Position numbers and translations under genes: made by a program | The notes under the pieces: model-generated | Seen by the model: the letters and a program-made list of their open reading frames with translations, nothing else | What the model was told of the DNA's origin: nothing | Databases searched by the model: none | Source of the DNA: the human T2T-CHM13v2.0 reference genome, Homo sapiens | Direction: 5' to 3' (one strand) | Assembly (NCBI RefSeq): GCF_009914755.1 | Contig: NC_060935.1 | DNA: 64,000 bases | Shown: piece by piece, positions 1-26,782 of the stretch | Numbering within the stretch: the first letter of the stretch is position 1 | How the letters are laid out: each line of letters opens with the position of its first letter

Positions 1-212
1 GTGACTCAGGTTATAGAATAATTAATACACAACAAAATAACTGTTCAGGGGCAGGTCCTTATGTGCTAAAGCCATGAAGACAAGCCGGTGAGTCATGACC
101 ATGGATGGGGAGGGGACACTCAAGTCTGGGCAGGGCATTAGTGATGCTGCCCCAGCCCCAGGGAGAGGGACATGGGTGTGTGTTTAGTTAATGTTTTAAA
201 AACTATATCAGC

Positions 213-1790
<1,578 letters not shown>

Positions 1791-2526
1791 GAAGATTTTT
1801 TTAAAAAAATGAATGTAATATAAAATGAAAGAGGGGTGCAGAAGTGGACATAGTGACTCGAACCTTCACTGAGGAGTGAGGACTTTGCTGTCTGGGCTGC
1901 AGGGTTGAGGGAGAAGTTTTTTAAAGAGGGGAGATGGTAATCATTGTGTGTGGCTGGGCATCTGCGACAGGAGGGAAAGCAGAGGGTGCTGGTGCCCGTG
2001 TGGGGGTCGCTGGATTCAGTGCTGGCAGCATGAGTGAGTTCTCTTCCCATGTCACGGAACCTGCTTTCTTGGTGAAGCAGGAAGCGAGAAGCTGGGCTGT
2101 GGGAAGTCAAAAGCGTGGGCCACCTCACCACCCTGCGGGTTCTAGAAGTGCTGTCTAGAGTCCTGAAACCGGAGTTTGTCGGGGGAGGGGCAGGTGGCAG
2201 GAGGGAGCCTGGAGGAAGGAGTTTGAGGCTGAGGTAGTGTGTGAGGGGCTTTGGAGGGGGATTGGCACAGGCCTGGTCAGGAAGGCCCTGTAGGATGTTG
2301 GGTATTCATTCAAAGGGCATCCAAACCCATTGATGGGTTTGGAGCAGAAGAGTGACCCCAGTGAAAGAGGTGCAGAGTGGAGTTAGGCGGCAGATAGCAG
2401 CTGGGCCTGCATGGGCTGTGGGCGTGGCCTGTCTGGCTGCTGCCAGGGAGGACCCTTAGGTTCCTGGGTCTCAATGGCATCACCCCAGAAACTGCTGGGT
2501 TTGCCCACAGCCGCTCCCTCCCCCAG

Positions 2527-5162
2527 GTGGTGGAGATTGTGAAGAAGCTGGAGTCTCGCCAGCGGGGCTGGGAGGAGGATGAGGATCCCGAGCGGAAGGG
2601 GGCCATCGTGTTCAACGCCACGTCCGAGTTCTGCCGCACCTTGGGGGAGATCCCCACCTACGGGCTGGCTGGCAATCGCGAGGAGCAGGAGGAGCTCATG
2701 GTGCGTCTGGGGCGGCCCCGCCCTCTGCTTCCCTCGGCTGGGTGGGCTGGCTGGGGCCTGGGCCGACCCTGGTCTTTTGTGCCCCAGGACTTTGAACGGG
2801 ATGAGGAGCGCTCAGCCAACGGTGGCTCCGAATCTGACGGGGAGGAGAACATCGGCTGGAGCACGGTGAACCTGGACGAGGAGAAGCAGCAGCAGGATGT
2901 GAGGGCCGCGCCGCTGGGGGGTGGGCGTTTGGGGGCGCTCAAGCTGGAGATGAGCACCGGGCTCGGTGTCCAGAGCCTCAGCCTCCTCATCCAGAGTGGG
3001 CTCTGCAGACCTCCCAGGGCGATCTGAGGAGTAAATGAGGAAATTAAATGTTGTGGAGGGCTGGTGCCTGGCAGGTGGTGACCAGTGGGTGGGGCTGAGA
3101 AGAGCCGGTATGGCCTGCTAACCACCCCCGCCACGTGTCCCGTAGTTCTCTGCTTCCTCCACCACCATCCTGGACGAGGAACCGATCGTGAATAGGGGGC
3201 TGGCAGCTGCCCTGCTCCTGTGTCAGAACAAAGGTAGGGAGCTCAGGGCAGCCATGATTTGGGTGGGCTTGGGTGCTGCTGCAGGTGCAGGCAGGGCCCC
3301 CTCCGGTCCCCTCTGCTGCCCCTTTCTCTCAGTCCCAATGCTGGAGCCAGCTGTCCGGCCCAGAGCCACTCCTTCCCCTCCACTGTGGCATCTGTCCGTC
3401 TGCTCTGCCTTTGAGGCTCCACACCTGCTTGGGGAAGGAGAGGGGAGTTGAAACTGTTCCAGCTGTGGCACAGAGAGCCCTGGTGTTAGGACCCCAGCTC
3501 TGCCATTTCCCTGGCCAGTGACCCTTGGCAAGGGGCTCATTTCTGCATCTTTGCTTTGCCTGTAGAACAGGCCTGATGGCTTTCCAGAGGCAAGGAAAGG
3601 GAGGTGCCCCCACAGGGCCTGCTCTGCCTTCTCAGGCGGCCCTGGAGCTGTGGCTCTCGAGGGGTTGGGAGTCTCACAACCCCTCCATCCCTAGGGCTGC
3701 TGGAGACCACAGTGCAGAAGGTGGCCCGGGTGAAGGCCCCCAACAAGTCGCTGCCCTCAGCCGTGTACTGCATCGAGGATAAGATGTGAGTGTGGTGGGG
3801 CCTGTGCAGGGCTGAGGGGCCTGTGCCAGCTTGGAGCTTCGGGACCACAGCAGGCGGCAGCTCCTCACACTAAGGCCTCCTCTGTCTCGGGCCAGGGCCA
3901 TCGATGACAAGTACAGCCGGAGGGAGGAATACCGAGGCTTCACACAGGACTTCAAGGAGAAGGACGGCTACAAACCCGACGTTAAGATCGAATACGTGGA
4001 TGAGACGGGCCGGAAACTCACACCCAAGGAGGTGAGCAGGGCCTTTTGCAGGCGGAGGCCCGGCCTGCCACAGGGAGGCCAAGCCCAGGGCCATGCAATG
4101 CCCCGGGCCATGCAATGCCCCAGGGTCCTGGCTCCACCAGCCTCTGGCTGGGGGCCTGGTGAATGCCACGGATGGGGAGGGGGCCCTCAGGGCTGAGGAA
4201 GGCTGTGCCTCAGTTTGTCTCTAGTGGGCACAGCAGTCTCTTTGCAAGCCTGGCAGGAGGGTCAGACAGGCACTCGGGACCTCTGCCCTCCTGTCCTCAC
4301 CTGCGTGAGCCCTTCACTGGCTTTCCTGGCCCGCAGGGCCATTCCAGCGTCCAGGCCCTTCCAGCACTCTCGTAGGCCGCCCGACCCTCCTGCCCTACCA
4401 CTCAGCTGCCCCCTTGCTCTCTGGGGTTTGTCTCCCTCCAGCCCCAGCCCCAGCCCCAGCGTCCAGGCCCAGCCCCTGCGTGGCAGGTCTCCAGGTTCCC
4501 CATGCTCTGCCCCCATGGCAGCGCATCCACTAGCCAAGCTGGTCTCCCGGCCTCTGCTGGGGCCCTGCAGGGTGCCAGCGTCTGTGCTCTTTTCCCATCC
4601 CCTTCCCACTGCACCCCAGGCCTGGCATTGGGGTCAATCAACACCCGCCCTGTTATTATACACCTTGTGGGCACAGGTGGCTCCGGCCCCACCCAGGGCC
4701 CTGCATCTCCTCTCATGCCCCGCGTCCCCAGGCTTTCCGGCAGCTGTCGCACCGCTTCCATGGCAAGGGCTCAGGCAAGATGAAGACAGAGCGGCGGATG
4801 AAGAAGCTGGACGAGGAGGCGGTGGGTGCCCTTGGGGATGTGGGGGGCCCTGTGCCTGCCGGGGCAGGGGTGGCTGGTGTGTGGGGCCTGCTGCAGCCCT
4901 TTCTGAGTGGCCCCGACCCCTCAGCTCCTGAAGAAGATGAGCTCCAGCGACACGCCCCTGGGCACCGTGGCCCTGCTCCAGGAGAAGCAGAAGGCTCAGA
5001 AGACCCCCTACATCGTGCTCAGCGGCAGCGGCAAGAGCATGAACGCGTGAGTGGCTCGAGGCTGGTGGGGTAGGGTGTGGTGGGGAGGGGTGGCGTGGCC
5101 TGTGCCCGCCTCTGCAGCCTCACGCCCCTGTTCTTCTCTGCAGGAACACCATCACCAAGTGA
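2527..5162 (+). CDS. SART1: SART1 (U4/U6.U5 tri-snRNP-associated protein 1, Snu66 homolog), last 8 coding exons; the gene begins upstream of the window
   Basis: GT-AG exons 2527-2700, 2788-2898, 3146-3233, 3695-3785, 3896-4031, 4732-4821, 4925-5046 and 5144-5162 splice in phase. They give [46 protein letters not shown]...[46 protein letters not shown]...[14 protein letters not shown], the SART1 C-terminus. Confidence 0.98.
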
Positions 5163-5199
5163 CAGCGCCCTCCCGCCCCGGCCCTGCCTCAACCTTCAT

Positions 5200-5209
5200 A
5201 TTAAATAAA
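5200..5209 (+). terminator. SART1: SART1 polyadenylation signal (overlapping ATTAAA and AATAAA)
   Basis: ATTAAATAAA about 40 nt after the stop, followed by T- and GT-rich downstream sequence. Confidence 0.85.
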
Positions 5210-5962
5210 GCTCCCTCCTTATTTTTTCCTCCCTGGTCGTGGTACAGATTCCAGGGTTGGATCTTTGGTTGGGTGTGGCACAGAGTCTGGCTCCTGCTAG
5301 GTGAGACCTGGCCATCAAATGACACAAACAACTAAACGATGGAAGAGAGAGCGAGCCCGGGTCCTCTAAGGCTCCTTCCTTCTCCCCTGGCTGTCGGTCA
5401 CACCTCTGCAGGGCCGGCTCTCTGATAGAAAGTGGAAGGCGGTTTTAGAAACTCATCACCCTGCTCTCTCCTGGCCTCGGGGGCTGCACAGGTCACTGTC
5501 CTGTAATGTCTCCCGGTCAGGGCAGCCCAGGACTGCCCAGCCTGGTGGGCTGGGGATTGGGCTTTGGGTAGGGCACAGGTGCCACCTTCTGTCCTGGCTG
5601 TCCTGTGCCACCCTGGTCTGTGTCTAGAGGAGTGAAACTCCCAGGGTTGGGCTGGGAGTATTTGGTGCACGCGGTATGGGGAGGGCTGAGCTCAGTGCCT
5701 CCTGGGAGACTTGTCCCATGTACAGTGACCCAGAAAGATGAGATTCCTTGGCCTGAACTCTGTGATAGAGTGTGACTGAGCTGCTGGGGGACATGTGAGC
5801 CTCAAATCCATAGAAAGACAAACGGCCACCTTGGGTGCCCAGGATACTGGTGCCCGGCCCCACGTACACCCACATACTTCTCAGATGGCTCCCACATTTT
5901 AAGATTTTAAAAATGAAACCAAAAAATAAATTGAAGAAAACTGTAAACTTTAAAGAATAATC

Positions 5963-7205
<1,243 letters not shown>

Positions 7206-9226
7206 GGAAGCCTAGGAGGTGCTTCCAGGGTTGGGACTGGGCAGTCAGGTGTCCCTGGCATGGACCCCAGGCCCTGGCCTACTGTCCAAGTCACACCTTG
7301 ACGTCTGCAGGAAATGGCCCATTAGGAGGCTGTCAAAGCTGCTGTCACAGCTGAAAATGACCGCAGCCTGGGCTAGAGCCCAGGTGGAGCCAGGGTAGAA
7401 AAGACCAGCTTCAGCTCTGCAGCCGACTAACTTTCTGGCTCTAGTAACTGGGCAGACTACGTGGTGAACCAGGGGCCTCCTCGTTCGCGCCATCTTGCTT
7501 CCTCTCTGCATCTCTGGCTCTTGGTCCTAGCCCAGAGACTTCCCTTCTCTGCCCTGGTGTACTCTGCTCTGCTCCCCAGCTGTGTCCTGCCCATGTGCCC
7601 AGGGCTGGGAGGGGTTGGGGACTACCAAATCCCTGGAGGCCTGAGCCCCCAGAGCAGACAGAACCCAAGGCGGCTTCCCACCTCTGCTGCTCGGTAGCCG
7701 GACACCAACGGTGCTTCCCCTGCCCTCAGGTACCTGAGGGGCAGCGATGGCTCAAAAGCTGCCCTGAGGGTCAGTGAGCCCTCAACCAGGGCCTCAGCCA
7801 GGTGGGTGGCACTCAGGGAGGACAGGGTGCTTATGTTTGCCCTCTATGTTTCCCTTCACTGCTGCCTGACCTGAGGCAGGTCACCAAGTCTCTGTCTTAC
7901 CTACAAAATGTGCGTGTTGAGGGTGGGGGGCGTGATCTCAAGACTTCTAGGGCCACCCTACTGCATAGTTGAGGACTGATCCTTCCACAGCTTCAACGAA
8001 AATGTACCGAGCATCTGCGAGCGCTGCCTAAGAACCCAGAGCAAAGCCGGACAGGCTGCCTGGGCCCATGGGGCATGGGCCCTAAGAGCAAGCAGCCACT
8101 GCGCAAGGGCACAGCCAGGTGTGAAGGATGGGACGAGGCCCAGCTCCTGCCCTCCCAGGGCCCATCTCTCCTCGTGATGGGCCTTCCGGGTGTGGTGATG
8201 CCAACCCCAGCCCACAGCCCAGCAGTCCAGTGCTGTGTGGCCTTGGCTCTGAGCAAGACCAGGATGGGGTCCCCCTCTTGCTCTCGGGGCCTGCCCTCTC
8301 CTGTGCGCACCCCCTGCCCAGGTCCTCCAGGCTCCTCCAAGCCTCTGCCTGTGGCCCCAAACCTGCCCCACCCAGCCCCAGGCAGGGCCCTGCCTCTTCC
8401 TCCACAATTCAGAGATGCTCTGGAGGGTGCAGGCAGGCCCTGCCAGCATGGGCTCCCTGTGGACCTGGGAAAAGGTGCCCTTCTGGGCAGTGGACGCAGG
8501 CCTCAGGAGCACAGCCTGGTGGGCAGATTCGCCCCCATTCATCCTACAGAGTGGTCCCTGGCGCCCCTCAGTGCCAAACCCACGATTGCCCCGGGGCTTT
8601 AGTTCCCTGCCCTGCCTTCCCCAGCTGGTCCTGTCATTGTCCCTTGGCATCCTCAAGAAGGGCTCAGCCCAGGTGTACATTGGGCAGTGGACTGAAGGGG
8701 ACAACCAGGGTGAGGACCTGGCTTTGCTGGTGTCGGGTCTCTGCGTTTCAGTGCCATGGGTGGGAAGGGCGGGCTGGTCCCAGGAAAGTGGGGATTCAGC
8801 AGTAAGTTCCCAGGAGGAGCAGGATTAATTGGCTGGAGTTCCCAGAGAGACCCACCAGCAGCCACGTGGACAGTGGAGAGCAGGGTGGGGCTGAGGACCC
8901 TGGCAATGCAGAGGTTGCTAAAAAGATTTTTCGAAACCGTGATACTGTTTAGAACCCATAGGAGAAAAATGATAGCTACTAAGATTAAAAAAAAAAAAAA
9001 AAAGCTACAGAACCCATAGGAAAAGTTGCAAGCGATACAAAGTGTTTCCCCTTGAACCATTTGACAATCGGTGGTCAAGGGGATTCCGTACCGCCCCAAC
9101 TAAGTGTGTGTTTCCTGCAAACAAGGGCGTTCTCCCACATAAACTAACGCCACCTAGGACATTGGGAAAAGTACCGTTGATGCGTCACTTCCACCTCATT
9201 TTAGACCCCAACTGTCCTAATGTCTA

Positions 9227-9596
9227 TTTTTTTTTTCTTTGAGTCGTAGCCTTATTTATTTACAAGCACTGGATGAGTCCCTGGCCACCCCCCAGGACAG
9301 AGCAACCCTACGCAGCCCCAGCGCAGTTAAATACAGTTGGGAGCTAGGGGACTGGAGGGAGGAATTAAGGGAAATACAGGACTAGGGACAAATACTCTGT
9401 TAAGTGGTCACATACGGGCCAGATCCTGTAGTCTGCAGAGCCACGGCTGTCACCACCCCCACACCAGGACATGAAAGGTAGGGAGAAGAGCCTGAGGGAG
9501 CCGAGGCAGGCCCAGGGGTGCCCACCCGTCGTGCCCTAGAACGTGGAAGGGACAGGAATGGCTCTCAGGGAGTGTATGGGAAGGAAGAGGCCAGAA
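9227..9596 (-). pseudogene. Possible retroposed 5'-truncated mRNA 3'UTR fragment; parent gene not recognised
   Basis: The minus strand ends ...TGTAAATAAATAAGGCTACGACTC-AAAGAAAAAAAAAA (AATAAA at 9260-9255, about 14 nt before the A tract). The GC-rich body sits inside AT-rich L1-like sequence. Confidence 0.45.
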
Positions 9597-10522
9597 CTGT
9601 CTTCTTACGGGACCCAGTTTTAGGAAGAACACCTGGTTTGCTTTTCTGTAAACACAGCGGCCTTGAGGGAGCGGCTGCCCAGCAGAGGCTCTGCCTACCC
9701 CAGACCCGAGCACAGCCTAGCTCCTTCCCACCTCTACCCAGAAAGGATGGCAGCTGCTGGCTCCCAGCTCCCTTGAAGGGACCAGGCACAGTCTGTGAGT
9801 CCTCATGGGGCTCAGGAGAAGCTCTGGACAGGGTGGCTGACCTTCAGGCAGGCCCGAAAGAGGGCCTGGCCCAAACACAGCACAGCCAGCAAGATGACAG
9901 ACACCAGGCTGCATGGAGGCCTCCATGTCGCCCCGCATGCTTCCCTGAGCCAAAGCAGGTAGCAGATATGTCACTTCCACGGATATCTGCACCCATAGAT
10001 GACACTTTCCAACAGTGAGGGTGACATGTGAACTCTGTCCATGGAAGAGTATTCCTGCAGTGCCCACGGATGGCCCTGACACCCACCTGAGGTTCTGGAC
10101 CCCACAGTGATGATTCCTTTGCAGTAGGGCCGAGGGCAGGTAACCCGCTGGGAAGTCACTTTGCAGATGAGACAGCTATGAGGACTTCAGACATCTTTCT
10201 CCCTCGGGTGCATTCTGGATTGGAGCAGCTTTGTTGCAGGTACTGCATTGACTACAAGCTGATGAGTTCTGCCTTCCACCTTGATGAGCAGTGGGCACTC
10301 TCACTCCCCAGGCTGGTCAGGGTGAGTAGGGGGCTGGGTGTACCTCATAGAAGGGGGTATGCCTGGGGTGGGGCAGGTTTACTGGCTTCACTCAATGGTA
10401 CAAAGGGGGTCAGCATCTCTGGGCCCAGCCCCACTCCCATCCCACCCTACTAAATCATTGCCAAGGGAAGCCTCTCCATCTGCGGCCACCACTAGCAGGT
10501 CACCAGCCTAGTAATATCCTTT

Positions 10523-13350
<2,828 letters not shown>

Positions 13351-13976
13351 AATCTTCTCATTGTTTCTGAAGTTTGTTTTCTAGAAGTTCCTTCTGTCTG
13401 CTGGTGATAAACTCCTATATTCTGTTGGTCTGAATGTCTTCACCATGGTGTAGGGAGGAGACAGCCGTCGTGGCCCCCAGGGCTGTGGTGAGAATCAAAG
13501 CTGTCCTGCCTTGGGCATGTCTCCAAAGCCCAAACACACTGGGAAGACGGAGTTGGCCCCACTCAGGGTCTCCACTCAGATCAGGCTGGGTCCCACTTCC
13601 CTCTCCCTGAGCCCCGGACACATCGATGCTGTCATTGCATGCTGATTCTCCGAGTCCCTGAGCCCCGTACCCCCCGGCCTTAAGGAGCCTTGCCAGTGTC
13701 CTCCCCACCTCGCCCCTGCCCAACAGACACAGCACGCCACCTGCTCTGCCTTGGGTCCCAGGCCTTTCCCTCCTCAGGCACCTGTTCAGGGGCAGTGAGA
13801 GAAGCAAAACAGCCCTTCTGTGCCAATGCACACCCCACCTGGGGGAGGAGGCAGACAGGAGGGCTCCTCAGAAACGGCTGATTTGTCAGCCCTGGACAAA
13901 GTGAAAGGGAGAAGCAAGAAGCAGGACAGATGGGCAGGTCTCCTGCGGCCCACCCCCCCAAAAAAGGAATGTGTGG

Positions 13977-22660
<8,684 letters not shown>

Positions 22661-22695
22661 AGATACACACACATACATATCTTTAACCCATCTCG

Positions 22696-22701
22696 TTTAT
22701 T
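22696..22701 (-). terminator. EIF1AD: Probable EIF1AD polyadenylation signal, implying a ~2 kb Alu-containing 3'UTR
   Basis: TTTATT on + is AATAAA on -; it is the first canonical hexamer I found downstream of the stop, with GT-rich sequence beyond it. Confidence 0.55.
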
Positions 22702-23041
22702 TTTTGTATATACATCTACATACATTTTATACATTATATTCATATATACATATATACAAATGTATATATGTTTAAAGCCACGCTATAAGAGGAAGTAAAT
22801 GAGAAACAGACAAATGAAGTGGTAGCTGGAGGACGTGGGAATCAGTACAGGTTTTCACGCCTGTTTCAGAAATGGGAGATTCTACAGCACGCTCGACACT
22901 AACACATCACATCCATAACATATCACATCCAATAGACAGGACAGCCAAAAACACAAAACAAAAAAAGAATCAAATACCCACACCCAGACACAATACTCAA
23001 CAACACAAATACCCGACCAAAGTCTTTAAGAAAGCAAAAGA

Positions 23042-23512
<471 letters not shown>

Positions 23513-24732
23513 TTAAGTCCCATTGGCTTACGACAGGAAGATATGTGCACATCTGCAGAGCTGGTAACAGGGAGGCAGGCATTCCCTCTGATGGTTGCTG
23601 TTTCTTAATGAGGCATGTGTTGTGGTAACTACCACAAGGGGGAATTGATAGATAAGACAGAAGTTTTGAAACAGACATCCCAGAGTAGATCTGCTGGGCA
23701 GTGCTTAGTGTCCATCTGAGGTTTGTAATGATAAACGTAAGGTACAACTGGTGGCCAGGCTGGCTGTTTTCTCACCTAATGATGGTGACTTGGGTTTGGG
23801 CACAGAGGTGAATGATTGGGTTTACCCAGGGTTAGGGTTTTACTAGCGGAACAGAATGGAGGGAGACAGAGGGGTGTAGGGTGGACTACGGAATTGATGC
23901 TACACAAGAGGGAAGTGAAGGCAGAAGGTTACTCATGAGAATGTCAGGGCTGGTTAGAAGAATGAAGGGTGAGGGTGGAAAAGCAGCCTCTATTTAAAAG
24001 GTTATAAGACAATCAATGTCCTCAGGGAATAATCAGGTTTCAAATAAAGTCAGGAGATGGATGGACCATTCAAAACAAAGTTAAGGATAGAGAGATTTGC
24101 CAGCCACCTTCTGGAAGTGATAGATGGTGCAGAGTGGGAGAGATGAGGTCGTATGTGGGGATGGACACAGTAGCTGGAGGTGAGCACTCCCGTACACAGG
24201 GTGACTAGAAAGGTGGGGAGAACAGCACGAGGCACCATGGGCTCCTGAGCGTCTCTTAGAGGCAGGTGGGTGTTAGGTCCTAGGGCTGTCATCCTGAATG
24301 CTTAAATTGGTATGAACTGCAAGCAGGCAAGGAAGCAGGAGTGCTCCCAGCTGTTAAACACATGCAAGAAGGCCCAGAGCACGGCCTGGCACTTTCTAAG
24401 TGCCCAATAAGAAAGAACAAACCACCTGGGAAAGACTCCAGCCATTTCCCATTTCCTCCCCATTCAGCCCACCCACCCACAAGGTCTCTAATAAATAGGG
24501 AGCAGTTTTTCACTTCATCACAATCTCCCTCCCCCGAGAGAGCCACTCAGACACCAGAACAAGTCACCAACCCACCAGGGGTTTAATTCTCTGAATCAAA
24601 AGATCAGTTCAGAGAGGAGCCCTGCTTTGTCCTCATGCAGGGGTGAAGATGTGCAGAGCACCCTGGGAATGTCCAAGCCCAGAAGAGCCAGGGGCCAGTC
24701 CCTGAGCAAGTGGAGAATTGGGTCCTGGAGTC

Positions 24733-26523
24733 TCAGGCTGCCTCCTCCTCTTCACTCTCCTCCTCACTCTCATGATACTGTCTGCGGTTTGTGTTAACAA
24801 ACAGGTCAGAATCATCTTCTGAGCTGGACTCCTCTCCTGATAACTGTGGCTCAGCTGGGAGTTCTGGTTGAGTTTGTCTGCACGAAGGGAAGAGAGCAGG
24901 GTTAGCCCAGCGCCTTCTGGGAAAATAATATCTACAATCAAGGAGTTCCAAAAAAAGGACCATCCGGCCCAGCAGTCAGGGCCCTACAGCACCCTTTAAA
25001 GACTCAAACAAGGGACACAGGAGAGCAAACAGTGGGGAAACGTGGCCAAAGAAACAGGCTAAAGACTGACCCCACTCCCCAAACGTGTGCCACAGCCATT
25101 TGTTTTAGTTAGAAATAATGATTCTACGACCACCAACTAACACTTAATGGACCCATATCACATAACAGATACTGCACTAAGCAATTTTACAAGCCATCCA
25201 CTTCTTTAATCCTCACAAAGCTCCCATTTTACATATAAGAAAATAGAGTTTGAAGGAATTAAATAACGTGCTTAAAGTCATTCAGCTTTAAGTGGCAAAG
25301 CCAAGATTTTAACCCAGAGCATCTGACCTTCAAACCCCATTCATAACCATGTTATACCACATGCTTAGGAGCTCTCAACAGATACCCTATGTAAGGAGGA
25401 AAGAAGGCTCTATTTTTCCCTCAAGGCACCAAAGCATGAACCCCTTATTTTCCATGTACCCCACCCCAAGGCTTGTTCCTCACCTGTTCCTGTTGTTGTG
25501 TTTCTCAGCCACTTCAGAGAAGGCCTCAGGCCTATGCCAAGAGATGAGCCAAAGTCAGAAAGGACAAATAAATTTCTCACAAAAGAGCTGCTTCCAGCTG
25601 TGTCTGCCTGGGATGCCATGACCTTCCCTCCCCTAATTCCCAAGCTAGGAAGGCAATGCCTCCAGAAGCCAGACAGCCAATGATCAAGGGGACCACCTAC
25701 CAAAACCCCTCCTTCTGCAGAGAGCGCACGTGGTCCTTGCAGAGCACAAACGAGATTTCAGCCTTCACCTTTTCTCCCTCTTCAATGGGGTCAACAATGA
25801 GAAAGTCCCCTGTAGGTAAGAAGAGAAAAGGCAAAGTCAGGCCTGCTTGCAATAAGGAAAGCCAAAGCCATAGGAAGTGGTTCTATCTCCTAGAGAGGGC
25901 TGCCTCTCTCACCTCTCTCTTTTTTCTTTTTTTTGAGACAGGGTCTTGCTCTGTTGCCCAGGCTGGCAAGCAATAGCATGATCATAGCTGACTGCAGCCT
26001 CCACCTCCCAGGCTCAAGTGATTCTCAGGCCTCAGCCTCCTGAGTAGCTGGGATCACAGGCACGTGCCCAACTAATTTTTTTCTTTTTGTAGAGACAAGG
26101 TCTCATTATGCTGCCCAGGCTGGTCTCAAGCGATCCTCCCATCTCAGCCTCTCAAAGTGCCAGGATTACAGGAGTAATCCTCTCACCTCTCTTGATCCAG
26201 ATGTTCTTGCGGTATTTGGAGGGCATGCTCACCAGGAAGCGCTGCCCTTGGGCTGTCTCCACCTCATGCAGATTGTTCCCTGGGGTCCTGAGTACCTGGT
26301 TCAGGAGAGACCAAGAATCAGTCTCATCAGTCAGATCAAACACCCTCTCAGACACGCTGCACCCTACCCCCACCCCAGGGGCCCTCCAGGGCTGCAGGGG
26401 TGGGGAGCAGAACAGCTTGTGCCCCACGCCACTCACCCTGACAATCTGCTGCTGGTCGGAGGGCACTATGTGCTCCCCTAGCACCTCCTTCACCACATGC
26501 TTCCTCTTGGTGGCCTGAGACAT
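24733..26523 (-). CDS. EIF1AD: EIF1AD, eIF1A-domain (S1/OB-fold) protein, 165 aa
   Basis: Exons 26523-26437, 26295-26187, 25809-25701, 25531-25484 and 24877-24733 (498 nt) splice in phase: [41 protein letters not shown]...[33 protein letters not shown]...[24 protein letters not shown]. Confidence 0.97.
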
Positions 26524-26782
26524 GCTGAAGTCGTCCCACACTGGTTAGGAACGAAGAGACTGTCAACTCCTCCTCCTGAGTTCCTTGGATGGCAGGCTCA
26601 GAACCCAGGACTGTTCTGAAGATGGGGAGGGGCCTTTTACTGAGGGGTGACACGGTGTCTTGGTTAAGAACATGGGTTCTGAAGTCTAACTGCCTGGATT
26701 CAAATCCTACCTTGGTTTATTTCCTAACTATTCAACTTCTCTAGGTCCCAGAAAAATAACAGCTAACTCAGCACTGTTACAG

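Noticed and set aside
4215-4931. 238-aa Pro-rich ORF
   Set aside because: Runs through a GC-rich SART1 intron and out of frame across an exon; non-ATG start and low complexity.
7311-7394. Cystatin-like look (EAVKAAVTAENDRS, ARAQVEPG) suggesting a CST6 paralog
   Set aside because: The spacing is wrong, there is no Cys framework or matching later exons, and the region fits the collinear alsin-like series better.
7958-8704. 248-aa minus-strand ORF
   Set aside because: GC-rich antisense shadow of the + strand fossil, with no recognisable motif.
10186-10220. Kinase subdomain IX-like SDIFSLGCIL after a 1-nt frameshift
   Set aside because: No HRD, DFG or VAIK motifs nearby; the unshifted frame (FLPRVHSGL) fits the alsin-like chain.
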